Source: Mustelus asterias (lineage: Eukaryota). From it: 64,000 bases of DNA. Made by a program: the position numbers and the translations under genes. How positions within the stretch are numbered: the stretch's first letter is position 1; each line of letters opens with the position of its first letter. Positions 1 through 12,930 of the stretch are shown one piece after another. The stretch spans positions 34,348,001-34,412,000 of the forward strand of contig NC_135819.1 of assembly GCF_964213995.1 (NCBI RefSeq). The letters are read 5' to 3'. The notes under the pieces are model-generated. The model worked only from the letters and a program-made list of their open reading frames with translations, ran no database searches and was not told the DNA's origin.

Positions 1-784
1 TATACATCTGCAACATCAGACCCCAACTTTTATACTCTATGCCCCGTCCTATAAAGGCAAGCATGCCATATGCCTTCTTCACCACCTTCTCCACCTGTGA
101 CGTCACCTTCAAAGATCTGTGGACTTGCACACCCAGGTCCCTCTGCGTCTCTACACCCTTTATGGTTCTTCCATTTATCGTGTAGCTCCTCCCTACATTA
201 TTCCCACCAAAATGCATCACTTCACATTTATCAGGATTGAACTCCATCTACCATTTCTTTGCCCAAATTTCCAGCCTATCTATATCCTTCTGTAGCCTCT
301 GACAATGTTCCTCACTATCTGCAAGTCCTGTCAGTTTTGTGTCGTCCGCAAACTTACTGATCACCCCAGTTACTCCTTCTTCCAGATCATTTATATAAAT
401 CACAAACAGCAGAGGTCCCAATACAGAGCCCTGCGGAACACCACTAGTCACAGGCCTCCAGCCGGAAAAAGACCCTTCCACTACCACCCTCTGTCTTCTA
501 TGACCAAGCCAGTTCTCCACCCATCTAGCCACCTCCCCCTTTATCCCATGAGATCCAACCTTTTTCACTAGCCTACCATGAGGGACTTTGTCAAACGCTT
601 TACTAAAGTCCATATAGACAACATCCACGGCCCTTCCTTCGTCAACCATTCTGGTCACTTCTTCAAAAAACACCACCAGGTTAGTGAGGCATGACCTCCC
701 TCTCACAAAACCATGCTGACTATCGTTAATGAGTTTATTCCTTTCTAAATGCGCATACATCCTATCTCCAAGAATCTTCTCCAA
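1..784 (-). mobile_element. CR1-clade LINE, reverse transcriptase fragment (young subfamily, continues past window start)
   Basis: ORF 248..925(-) has the RT motifs [36 protein letters not shown] and KFADD; nearly identical to the copy at 36212-37400. Confidence 0.93.
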
Positions 785-2535
785 GCATCTCAGTCGTAAT
801 TTGTGCATGGAGGACATAAGTAGTGTTCTAAATGAACACATTGTATCAGTGTTCACTAGTGAGAGAGACAGTGTGGGTATAGAAATCATGGAAAAGGACT
901 GTGATACAGTCAAAGAAATTAACATAGACAGAGAGGAGGTTGTGAGTCGTCTGACAGACTTAAAAGTAGATAACTCTCCAGGACCAGATGAAATCTATCC
1001 CAGGCTGTTGAATGAGGCAAGAGAAGAAATAGCAGGGGCGCTGGCAATAAGTTTCAATTCCTCTCTGGCCACAGGAGAAATGCCGGAGGATTGGAGGACA
1101 GCCAATTTGGTACCATTATTCAACCAGGGAGGAAGGGATAAACCAGGCAACTACAGGCCAGTCAATCTAACCTTAGTGGTTGGAAACTATTGGAAGCAAT
1201 TCAGAATTGATCTGCATTTGGAAAGACAAGGATTAGTCAAGAACAGTCAGCATGGTTTTGTTAAGGGGAGGTCATGTCTGATCGACTTGATTTTTTCGAA
1301 GAGGTGACCAGGTGTGTAGACGAGGGCTATAGGCATTAGATGTAGTCTACTTGGACTTCAGCAAGGTTTTTGATAAGGTCCCACATGGGAGACTGATAGC
1401 GAAGATAAAAGCTCATGGGATCCAAGGAAATTTGGCAAATTAGATCCAGAATTGGCTGAGTGGCCGGAAGCAGAGGGTGATGGTCAAGGGATGTTTTTCA
1501 GACTGGAAGGCAGTGTCCAGTGGGGTCCCATAGGGATCAGTGTTGGGGCCCTTGCTGTTTGTAGGTTATGGAAATTATGTAAACTTGAATGTAGGAGGGT
1601 TGATCGTAAGTTTGCAGCTGATTTGAAAATTGGTAATGTGGTAAATAGTGAGTAGGATAGCCTTAGATTACAGGAGGATATAGAAGGGCTGGTCAGATGT
1701 ACTGATCAGTGGCAAATGAAATTCAATCTGGATAAGTGTGAGGTGATGCATTTGGACAGGACAAGCAAGACAAGGGAATGCACAATAAATGGCAGGACCC
1801 TGGGAAACACTGAGGATCAGAGGGACCTTGGTACATGTACACTTGACTGTATACACCGGTCCCTTAAAGTAGTAGGACAGGTGGATAAAGTGGTTAAGAA
1901 GGCATATGATATACCTTCCTTCATTAGCCGAGGTATGGAATTTAAGAGCAGGGAGGTCATGCTGGAACTATATAAAACGTTGGTTAGGCTACAGCAGTTC
2001 TGGAATCCACATTATAGGAGGGAGGTGATAGCACTGGAAAGGGTGAAAGGAGGTTGACCAGGATGTTGCCTGGGCTAGAGAATATTAGTTATGAAGAGAG
2101 ATTGGATAGACTGGAGTTGTTTGCCTTGGAGCAGAGGAGACTGAGGGGGGCATGATTGAGATATATAAAATTATGGGGGGCATAGATAAAATAGATAGGA
2201 AGAAATGTTTTCCCTTGGTGGGGGGATCAATGGCCAGGGCATAGATTTAAGGTAAGGGGCAGGAGGTTTAAAGGGGATGTGAGGAAAAACGTCTTCATAC
2301 AAAGGGTGGTGGGAGTCTGGAACTCAATGCCTGAAAGGGTGGTGGAGGCAGAGACCCTCAATACACTTAAGAAGTATTTAGATGTGTACTAGCAATGCCA
2401 AGGCATACAGCACTATGGGCCAAGTGCCTGAAAATGGAATTAGTATATTTGCTTGGTTTGTCTCTGAAGGGTGCAGACGGGATGGGCTGAAGGACCTTTT
2501 TCTGTGCTTTATACCTCTGTGACTCTATGACTACA
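785..2535 (+). mobile_element. Older 5'-truncated CR1 LINE (frameshifted ORF2 plus 3' UTR)
   Basis: Fragments [41 protein letters not shown]; 3' end gactctatgact. Confidence 0.9.
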
Positions 2536-2953
2536 GGGAGTTGATGTTCAAACTTACTGACAATATTAAAATATGAGATCTTGTTCATAATTCTGAGGAG
2601 CAAAGGAAGCTGCAAGGAGATATTCATAAAGTGATGGAATTGACAAAACGTTGCAAATATAAGTCAATACCAGTAATGTGAGCCGGTAGATTTCAATTAG
2701 AGGAAAGTTTTTATATGAATGGGGAAAAGCTCAATAAGGTGAAAGAACGAAGGTTTAGGTTCATTAGACATTAAAAGCAGTTCTTCAAATGGATAAAGAC
2801 CAGAACACACAAATGGAACATTGTTTTAAATGGTATGAGACATACAATATAAATGTCAATATGTAATAGTGACACAAATACAAAACCTAATGGAAACTAT
2901 AGTTGGTGTACTGTGAGCAGTTCTGAGCTCCACACTATGACAGGATGGAACAG

Positions 2954-3083
2954 TCATGATGTGGAGATGCCGGTGTTGGACTGGGGTAAACACAGTAAGA
3001 AGTTTAACAACACCAGGTTAAAGTCCAACAGGTTTATCTTTAAACCTGTTGGACTTTAACCTGGTGCTGTTAAACTTCTTACT
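2954..3083. mobile_element. Miniature fold-back Penelope-like element (pLTR terminus hairpin)
   Basis: 43-bp inverted arms 2994-3036/3041-3083 (1 mismatch, 4-nt loop); 12-bp TSD aggatggaacag at 2942-2953 and 3084-3095; same sequence as the termini of the PLE at 37594-40150. Confidence 0.85.
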
Positions 3084-3378
3084 AGGATGGAACAGAGCAG
3101 ACACAAACACTGTTTGTAATGATGGGGCTGGGTGGCGGAGGGGGTGTAGATTTTGCAGACCCAGGGTTATGATATTTTAGAATGCAATACTTGAGTTAAA
3201 GATGGCAGCAGAGAATATGCCACTTTTAAGAATATGTTCAGTGGATGACAGAAGAAAACGTGAATAAAGAGGAAATGACATACACATAGATTAGAACTAT
3301 TGCTCATGGAGGAAACAACTCTATTTGGACTGGTTTGGATAAACATTCATGTGTAAGTCCAGTGTGTTTTTGTGTAAT

Positions 3379-3722
3379 GGCAGCATGGTGACACAATGGT
3401 TAGCACTGCTGCTTCACAGCGCCAGGGACCTGGGTTTTATTCTGGCATTCAGTCACTGTGTGAAGTTTGCACATTCTCCCCACGTCAGCGTGGGTTTCCT
3501 CTGGGTGCTCCAGTTTCCTCCCACACTCCAAAGATGTACAGGTTAGGTGCATTTTCCACGCTAAATTGTCCCTTAGTGTCCCAAGATGGGCAGGCTAGGT
3601 GGATTAACCATGGCAAATGCACAGGGTTACGTGGATACAACACAGGGTAGGGCCTGAATGGGATGTTTGGTGCAGACTCAATGGGTTGGAGAGCCTCTTC
3701 CTGCATTGTAATGATCCTATAT
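3379..3722 (+). mobile_element. HE1-like tRNA-derived V-SINE, CR1-type tail
   Basis: tggttagcactgctgcttcacagcgccagggacc head, gtgggtttcctctgggtgctccagtttcctcccac core, gcagactcaatggg...tail. Confidence 0.85.
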
Positions 3723-4294
3723 TATTTCTAATTCTGTTCCAAGTGTTATACAGATATTCCACCATGTAATGTAATACATCTGCTTTGCCTGCCTGGATGA
3801 CTATTATCCTTTGGCAGCAGAATGTATTAATTGATTTACAGAATAATGTATTCAACTTCTGCAGGAATATCCAAGATTGATTTTGAACGTGTTAAAACAA
3901 ATCTCCTTTTTTCTCCTTTAATCTTCAGACTCTCAATCTGATTAACTCCTAACAAACATAATTTCTAATATAATTTAGCTCGAGCCTCATCCAATCTCTT
4001 GAGAGCAGCTATGTAAAATTGAAATATCCAGTGCTGAGTAGATTTCCTATGTCTGATCAAATATCCTGTTCTATTCTGTGCTCAAAAGATCAATAAAAGG
4101 AAATTCCTTCCACCAGTGTTTCCACACAAACATATATCATGATGGGAAATGTTTGTACTTGAAAAGGTAAGAGTCCTTTTAGCTCCAGGCCAAATATTAT
4201 AAACATCTAATGAAACTGTATGCATGGAACTTTTGACCAAGGATCTGAGACTGAGTGTGGACTGATAGCAGAAGCCAGTTCAGTTAATTCCTAC

Positions 4295-4669
4295 AATTCT
4301 TGGCTGCAGTGTGCAAATGGACAGTGTTGTAGAAATAAATTACTTCATCCACTTAGAATCATAGAATCCTACAGTGCAGAAGGAGGCCATTCAGCCCATC
4401 GAGTCTGCACCAACCACAATCCCACCCAGTCCCTATCCCCATAAACTCATGCATTTACCCTACTAATCCCCCTGACTAAGGGGCAATTTAGCATGGCCAA
4501 TCCACCCAACCTGCACATCTTTGGACTGTGGGAGGAAACCGGAGCACCCGAAAGAAACCCACGCAGACACGGGGAGGACGTGCACACACCACACTAGACC
4601 CAAGCCAGGAATTGAACCCGGGTCCCTGGCGCTGTGAGACAGCAGTGCTAACCACTGTGCCACCGTGCC
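4295..4669 (-). mobile_element. HE1-like V-SINE, CR1-type tail
   Basis: Reverse-complement of tRNA-like A/B-box head, V-domain and gattctatgattct tail. Confidence 0.87.
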
Positions 4670-5319
4670 ACTTATGTGAAAAAGTTGCACAAAAACATCA
4701 CTGTTGCAATGAAGAAAGCTTCATGAGTTCCTCTGATAGTTCTGTGGAGTTATTCACTGAATCGCTGAGTTAACGGGCAGCCAGTGTGAAACACATACTG
4801 GGAAAGGCTCAGCGCTATGGGGGAAGGTGGGAAATGAGAAGAGGGCTGGTGTTTCCAAGGTGCTCCCGCTGAAGGAACAGCCGCTGTGGGTCTGTCTCAG
4901 GGAGCTGCTCACCTGTAAAAATAAATTGTGATGGAAAACTATGCAAAGAGTGTCTCGGCAGCACATTCAAACACAAACCTCAGCCCCCTGATGCCTATTT
5001 GATTTTATTTCAGTCTGGACAATTCACCCTGTTCTGGATCGAGGTTATGGCTAAAATATAAAGACCGGCTGGCCAAACTGGCCTGCCCGACAACAGTAAA
5101 AACAAGTGGGCAAAGTAAAATCGCGTTCTATTCATTTCTTGATGGATCTGATTGCTTGTTTGCAGGTGGGCTTCCACCAACTGAAATATCGCACAAGTTC
5201 GCGATGATGTCAGGATGCGTACCTGCCCTCTGCTGGCGCGATTTCACACGCTTCTGGTTTCTGAATTCAAGGTTCCATTTTGTGTTTTTGGCTAGCAGCA
5301 GCAGTGTTTAGTTTAGAAG

Positions 5320-5889
5320 GGAGTGGGCATCAGACTAAAAGCAGTCTCTCTCTCTCTTTCTCTCCCTGGGTTTTGGGAGTTCTGCTGGTTAGCTGAAAGC
5401 AAGGCTCATTGCCTTCCTGCAATAGGAAATCTGCTCTTGGTGGCTTGACAAGGGTCACTCCCTGGTGTTCTGGGAAGCTGTTCTCACTTCAAACTATTCC
5501 GAGTGTATCAAGAGAACTGCAGCATTCATCCAAAGGGCTCAATTCCAGCATCACGTGAGTATGAGTCTTTGCTGTGTTAAACCCGTGGAAGGGTTTTGTT
5601 TATGGGATTGGTTTGTTTGGGACATCTTAGATATATTTGTTAAGGGTTATACATTATTGTGGTTGTTTTGTTTTGATTGATATTGGTAACAGTTCTTGCT
5701 AATATTCTTACTATACATGTTAACTATACTCTTAAATAAACTTTGTTTGATAAAAGCTCCCTAGTGGTCATTTGAATCATACCTGAAGTGAAACATAGCA
5801 TGCTTATCCTAGCCAAATCCAAGATGCAAAACCTATGATCCAAGCAGGCTCCATAAAACACTTTGGAGTTTCTGACCTGAACTATAACA
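5320..5889 (+). mobile_element. Probable LTR fragment
   Basis: CT-rich stretch, aataaa followed by a terminus ending ...ataaca; pattern only. Confidence 0.4.
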
Positions 5890-6612
5890 GAAGTAACATT
5901 CATGCCACACAAGTGCCAGGCAATGACCATCTCCCTTACAATGGCATTACCAATGCTGAATCCCACATCCTAGGGGTTTCCATAGACCAGAAACTGAACT
6001 GGATTAGTCATATAAATACTGTGGCAACAAGAGCAGGTCAGAGACTGGGAATACTGCAGTGAGCAACTCACTTCCTGACTCCCCAAACCCTGCTCACCAT
6101 CTACAAGGCACAAGTCAAGAATGTGATGGAATACTCTCCACTTGCCTGGACGAGTTCAGCTCCAACAACATTCAAGAAGTTCAACACCATCCAAGACAAA
6201 GCAAGCCATTTGACTAGCATCTCATTCACCATCTTAATCAGCCATTTCATCCACACTGACACAACAGTGTGTACTATCTACAAGATGCACTTCAGCAACT
6301 CACCAAGACTCCATCGACAGTACTTTCCAAACCCACAAACTCTACTACCTAGAACAATGGCAGAAGATGCAAGAGAACACCACCAGCAGCAAGTTCCCCT
6401 CCATGCCATGCACCATCCTGACTTGAAATTATATCGCCACTGTCACTGTCATTGGGTCAAAATCCTAGAATTCCCGCCCTAACCGCAGTGATTATACTTG
6501 CACCACAATGATCGCAGTGGTCCAAGAAGGCCACCACAATCTTCTCAAGGGCAATTAGGGATGGGCAATAAATGTTGGCCTAGGCTGCAACATCCACATC
6601 GCGTGGAAGAAT
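5890..6612 (+). mobile_element. 3' fragment of a CR1/L2-group LINE (distinct from the main CR1)
   Basis: ILGVSIDQKLNWISHINTVA..AGQRLGIL and MEYSPLAW..IQDKA RT-thumb motifs; tail gggcaattagggatgggcaataaatg. Related copies at ~9745-10470(+), ~28410-28760(-), ~41350-42070(+). Confidence 0.8.
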
Positions 6613-7191
6613 GAAAAAAAACCTCAATGATCTCATTGCTGTTAGTGAGATCTTGCTGTGCACAGAGTGGCTGCTACACTGCTACAACAGTGGCTGCTTT
6701 TCAAATCACTCCTTTAGTTTTATATCGCTATCTCCCATGCCCGCAAGCCATCAAGACCCATGTGCTCTTCAAATTCTGACCTCTTGCACATTCAAGATTT
6801 CAATGCTGTACCATTTGCAGGTTTGTCTTCAGTTGTCTATAGACTCCGAGCTCTGGAATTTCCTTTCCAAAACCCTCTGTGCCTATGCTTAGACTCTCCT
6901 TAAATCCTACTTTGACCTAGATTTTGATCACTTGTTCTAGTATCCCATAATATGTCTGTGTCAAACTTTGTTGATATTTACCTGGTGGATCACCCTGGGA
7001 AGTTTTACAACATGTTAATATTAATGCTATATGCTATGTTATTTTCTCAGTTGTTGTTGTGGTTAAAGTTCAAACATACTTCATTGTGTGTGTGTTTTGG
7101 ACAAGGTTTCCTTTCTTTCTCAAATGGTATGGGAGAGCAAGCTAGGTTAATATTCAAAAGTAGTTTTATTACTCCTGGTTTTCTTTAAGTT

Positions 7192-7527
7192 TGTTCATGG
7201 GATGTGGATATTGTTCTCTGGACCAGCATTTATTGCCCATCCCTAATTGCTCCTTGAACTGAGTGGCTTGCTGGGCCATTTCGGGGGGAATTTAAGAGTC
7301 AACCACATTGCTGTGGATCTGGAGTCACAAGTAAGCAAGATCAGGTAAGGATGGAAGATTTCCTTCCCTAAAGGGGCATTAGTAAACATCATCTTAATTC
7401 CAGATTTTTATTGAATTCAAAGTTCACCATCTGCCATGGTGGGATTCGAACCCGGGTTCCCAGATCATTATGCTGGGTCTCTGGATTATTAGTCCAGTGA
7501 CAATACCACTGCTCTACTGCTTCCCCT
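7192..7527 (-). mobile_element. tRNA-derived SINE sharing the agggatgggcaataaatg tail with the LINE at 5890
   Basis: Minus strand has B box gggttcgaatccc and the shared 3' tail; related copies at ~8470-8640 and ~16475-16810. Confidence 0.75.
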
Positions 7528-9239
7528 ATGAGAACTAAATGGAACTGATAAAGATGAATAGAGTGTATATTTAATACTTTTCCTTCTTGTAAATAGTGTT
7601 TTGTTGAAGCACTAAAGAGTATTTAACATTTTGTTAGGTGTGTGAGAAAATAGTTCTGTTTTCCGTTTGACATTTTGATCCCTGCAAATGAGCCCTTACC
7701 CCGACGAGCACAATCACCAGTATAACCTTATATCGCAGACAGAGAGATACTCTGTATTTGTGTAACTGGGCAAGGTAGTCAGTGTTACTTTAGAAAACTG
7801 CAGAAGCAAATCATGTTTTGACAGGAATGTACTGCTCTGAAGCTAACACAATTAGGGTTGACCTTTGCAGATCCCTAAAGGGTAAAGGTAATGACGCACC
7901 TAGAATCTGACAGTTTACATTAACTATACTTCCATTGGCACACATAAGCAGTCCGGAACTCAGCGCTGTTCAACGAGAGAAACCTTCACATTTTGTGAAC
8001 TTGTCATTCTTTGTAATAAACAGCACACGGAAAATTGGTATGTGGATCAGGAAGGTTAGTTCTTAAATAAAACCTACTGTGAATGAAAAAGAGAAAGTTA
8101 GAACTAAAATCACTGAAAATTGAAGAGCAAATGCATTTTCATATAGTGGAACAGAAATAATAAATGTGCATTACAATGTGCCTTTATTCATCATAAACTG
8201 GTTCAAAATAAATTTTAAAAATAATTGGTTGTAAAATAAGAGCTTCCATTGTACAAAAACACTTTAAGCAATATATTCCTTCATTTGATCAGCACACATG
8301 ACAATTATTTTATGAGTTGGTGTCCATTTTTAAAGAATATATTTCATATTTCGTGAGTTCTCGATCCATTTTTTCACCTCTTTTGTTATTTTCTTTTATT
8401 CTTTCCTATTTTTACTCAAACCCCTAATGCCCTCTTCTTCAATTTCAGTTTCCAAACTTTATTATGATTCGTTCATGGGACGTGGGTGTCATTGGCTAGA
8501 CCAGCATTTATTGCCCATCCCTAGTTGCCCTTGTGAAGGTGGTGGTGAACTGAGTGGCTTGCTGGGACGTTTGAGAGGGCAGTTGAGAGCCAACCACATA
8601 GCTGTGGATCTGAAGTCACATGTAAGCCAGACCAGGAAAGCCTGAATCTGCCAAAATCCACTGTTAGCCAGAATTACCCATGAATGTTTTAGATATTTTT
8701 ATTTTTGCCAAAAATGTGAGCTGATAATGTTGCTGTAAGGGAAACAGGTATCTTGTACTGGCCTGTTCAATTTAAGTAATTGTGTATCTCCTCAACCGAT
8801 CACGATTAAAGATTGTGAAATTAACATCAGAAGGACTGAGAAAGAAGTGTGAATTAAAATGATTAAATTCAATGCAAAATCTGATGCAGAAAATGAAATA
8901 AAGAGAGGGAAAGGAAGGTTGTATTAAGAGCAAGAGATATAAGCAACAAAATTGACTATTTCCTTAAATTTTACATTTTAAAAATGTTCCATTAATGAAG
9001 ACCTAAAGAGAGTCCCAAACATGTATGAATTAATTTTCAGTGACAGAAAGTTGTTCTAATCAAAGACTTATCACACCATTCAAAGGGTTCCAAGATTGAA
9101 GTTAGTATCTACCATACAAATATAGCAACTTCATGCCATTCAACACATATCAATGGTGAGACAGGCAGCAAAATGCCTTTCTTGCACAGCTAGCAGTGGA
9201 GTGGTAAATATCAGGCAGCAGCATCGGCATTTCTCATTT

Positions 9240-9697
9240 ATACGGATTGATTCCTGGGATGGGAGGGTTTTCCTTTGAGAAGAGATTATGTAGAATGGGC
9301 CTTGAAATTCAGAAGGATGAGGTGATCTAATTGAAATGGCAAGATTTGGCAGGGTCGATGATACTAGTTTGTTTCCTTGGCTAGAGTGCCTGGTACTAAG
9401 GGGAATAGTCTCAGGATAAGAGCGTCAGCTGTTTTTGACTGCGGGGAGGAAAGTTTGTTTATGTTCAGAGAGTTGTGAATCTTCGAAATTCTCTACCATA
9501 ATAAAGCTGACGATGCTCAGTTGTTGAATATATTCAATTTTGGGATCAATAGATTGTTGTACTCTATGGGAAACCAAGATATGGAGATCAGGAAGGTAAG
9601 TAGAGTTGGGCCCAAAGTTCAGCCATGATTTTATTGAATGGTGGAATAGTCTCATCGGGATTTATGGCCCACTCATGCTTTTATTTCTTATGTTCTT
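9240..9697 (+). mobile_element. Degraded CR1 3' end
   Basis: tcagccatgattttattgaatgg...tttcttatgttct terminus. Confidence 0.75.
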
Positions 9698-9744
9698 GCC
9701 TAAAATTGCATGAACATGCTGCATTTGCTCAATAGTTCCATTTG

Positions 9745-10470
9745 TGCCACACAAGTGCCAGGCAATGACCATTTCCAATAAGAGAGGATCTAACCATGCA
9801 CCCCTTGACATTCATTGGCATTCCCATCAATAAATCCCCCACTAGCAACATTCTGGAGGTTACCATTGATCAGAAATTGAACACAACGAGCCAGATAAAT
9901 TCTGTGGTCACAGGAGCAGAACAGAGGCTAGGAATCTTATGGTGAGTATCTCACCTTCTGACTCCCCAAAGCCTGTCCCCAATCTACAAGGCACAAGTTA
10001 AGAGTGTGATGGAATACTCTCCATTTGCTTGGACGGATGCAGCTCCAATAACACTCGAGAAGCTTGACACCATCCAGGACAAAGCAGCCCCCTTGATTAA
10101 CATGTCATCCACAAACATTAACTCCCTCCACCACTGGCGAATAGTAGCAGCAGTGTGCACCATCCACAAGATGTACTGAAGGACTTCCAAACCCATGACC
10201 TCTACCATCTAGAAGGACAAGGGCTGTAGATACATGGGAAGAACACCACCTGAAAGGTCCCTTCCAAACCACTAACCATCCTGACTTGGAAATATATCAA
10301 TGTACCTTCACTGTCGCTGGATCAAAATCCTGAAATTCACTCCCTAGCAGCACTGTGGGTGTACTGTAGCAGTTCAAGAGGCAGCTCACCATCACCTCCT
10401 CAAGAGCAATTAGGGATGGGCAATAAATGTTAGCCCAGCCAGCAAAGCCCACATCCTTTGAATGAATAAA
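9745..10470 (+). mobile_element. CR1/L2-group LINE 3' fragment
   Basis: Homologous to 5890-6612 (tgccacacaagtgccaggcaatgacc...gatgggcaataaatg). Confidence 0.8.
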
Positions 10471-10963
10471 AAATTAAAAAGGCTGAAAAAAATTACGCCT
10501 GAAGTATTCAAGAATAAATGAATATTTAATGATGTAATGAATCACATTTACTGTTCAACAACGCTCTAGCCAAGAAAAAAATAATTTTACAAGTGTGGGA
10601 CATTATTCCTTCAGAAGCAAATTAGTGTTGAAGATTTTTAAAGAATCTTTTTTTCAGTTTCTCTGCCTGCCTCACTTTTATATCTCCCGTAATCTCAGCT
10701 GTATGTTGCAATCCCCTTTTTGCCTTCTGAACATCAAATAAACCAAATTTATAGTTCTTGCTTTATACTTCCTGGTTTGAACTTTGCTCTTTTTCACCTC
10801 TACAGATGTTGAATTAAGAGACACTTTCCATTGACAAACCTGGAAAAGTATGTGTGTCATCTGTCAGTGAAAGGAAGGCTGAGCACTGTTCCTTTATCAG
10901 TGCTAGCAAAATCCAGGCAATACTATCATCACCCAGCACCAAATCTTTTGCATGAGCTGCACG

Positions 10964-11312
10964 GTGGCACGATGGTTAACACTGCTGCCTCACAGCGCCA
11001 GGGACCTGGATTCAATTCCGGCCTTGGATGACTGCCAGTGTGGAGTTTGCACATTTTCCACATGTCTGTATAGGTTTCCTCCAGGTGCTCCAGTTTCCTC
11101 CCACACTCCAAAGATGTCCAGGTTAAGCCATGCTAGGTTATTCCTTAGTGTCCCAAGATGTGTCGGTTCGATGGATTAGCCATGGTAAATGTGTGGGGTT
11201 ACAGGTATAGAGCAGGGGAAAGGGCCTGGGGGTAAGATGCTCTGTCAGAGAGTCGGTGCAGACTCAATGGGGCAAATGGCCTTTTCTGCACTGTAGGGAT
11301 TCGATGATTCTT
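10964..11312 (+). mobile_element. HE1-like V-SINE, CR1-type tail
   Basis: Full head-core-tail match to other copies. Confidence 0.85.
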
Positions 11313-12199
11313 CTTTGAATTTCATATTCAAACTCCCAAGCAAATTTAGCATTCAAAATTTTAAGGTTATATATCAAGTAAACGGCAGTGCAAACTTTAA
11401 TTTTTCGAATGCAGGAAATTTTAGTCCAAAATGGTCTATTAGGATACAAGATTGTTTTCAACACTGCATGAGTCAGGACTTGGACTGATGAAAAGACACA
11501 CCCAATATCTATTTTTTATTGTGGCTATAATTGCACATTCTGGGGAGGTGGGGGCAGTGAATTGAATGTACAAAATTCAAAAATGTCAACCTCTATTAAG
11601 GTAAACTAAAATGTTTTCCTACATTGCAAATGAACTTGACATTTTTTAAAATATATATATATATATATACAAGGGAACTGTCAGCAATGTTTACTGAATA
11701 TGCCAAAAGGGTTTTAAATATCCTAAACATAAGGTTATGTTGTGAATAATAGTTTGCTCATTGCAGTATTGTACATATTAGCATCAACACTAAACTTTTA
11801 ATTCCCGGATAACCTCATGGACCAAGTTTGCACTGTTTATTTCATGATTCAATTAGAATTTTTTATTTATATTAAGTGAACGAAAATTACGATACCACTT
11901 CGATATAATTTCTACCTCAATTCATCATCTCACTAAATCTTATTAAGTCACATTCGTGCTATTCTGCTCGGTCTGCAAGTCTAGCCAGACTACCATGACT
12001 GATAACTACAGGGAAGTGTTACTTTGTTGACTGCTACTCGAGGTTGGTTAGACATATTGAGCATCAAGACTAAGATTAGTTAATGACTTCCAACTTTATC
12101 CTTAGTTGTTTTAATAACATGGAGTACATTTATTACCCATTATTTTATTTCCACTGTGTAATACTTCACATTTCTCTGTGTTAAAATGCCATTGAAGTT

Positions 12200-12512
12200 T
12201 TTAAAGTTTACGTTTATTTATTATTGGCACAAGTAGGCTGACATTAACACTGCAATGAAGTTACTGTGAAAATCCCCTAGTCGCCACACTCTGGCGCCTG
12301 TTCGGGTACACTGAGGGAGAATTCAGTATGGCCAATACACCTGACCAGCACGTCTTCCGCACTGTAGGAGGAAACTGGAGCACCCGGAGGAAACCCACAC
12401 AGACATGGAGAGAATGTGTAGACTCCGCACAGACAGCAACCCAAGCCGGGAATCGAACCCGGGTCCCTGGCACTTTGAGGCACCACTGCTAATCAGTGTG
12501 TCACCATGCCCA
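12200..12512 (-). mobile_element. HE1-like V-SINE, alternative tail (type b)
   Basis: Tail ggattttcacagtaacttcattgcagtgttaatg...aataaataaa. Confidence 0.85.
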
Positions 12513-12616
12513 CTTATGAATTCTGTCTAATATATCCAATAATTTAAAGTTTGGTGATCAATTTTATTAAAGCAGTATAGCTCAAGATTTGTATTCTGGA
12601 TTATGCACCAATAAGA

Positions 12617-12930
12617 TAGAAATCATAGAATCCCTACAGTGCAGAAGGAGGCCATTCTGCCCATTGAGTCTGCACTGACAACAATCCCACCCAGGCCTGT
12701 CATCCCACATATTTACCCTGCTAATCCCTCCAACCTATGCATCCCAGGACACTAAGGGGCAATTTAGCATGGCCAATCAACCTAGCCCACACATCTTTGG
12801 ACTGTGGGAGGAAACTGGAACACCTGGAGGAAACTCACACAGTGGGGAGAATGCGCAAACTCCGCACAGACAGTGGACCAAGCTGGGAATCGAACCAGGT
12901 CCCTGGAGCAGTGCTAACCACCGTGCCTCC
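12617..12930 (-). mobile_element. HE1-like V-SINE, CR1-type tail
   Basis: Match to other copies. Confidence 0.82.

Noticed and set aside
729-925. Overlapping divergent ORFs at the CR1/CR1 junction as a twin-priming inversion
   Set aside because: The two sides belong to different subfamilies of different age and overlap in RT coordinates, so they are independent insertions
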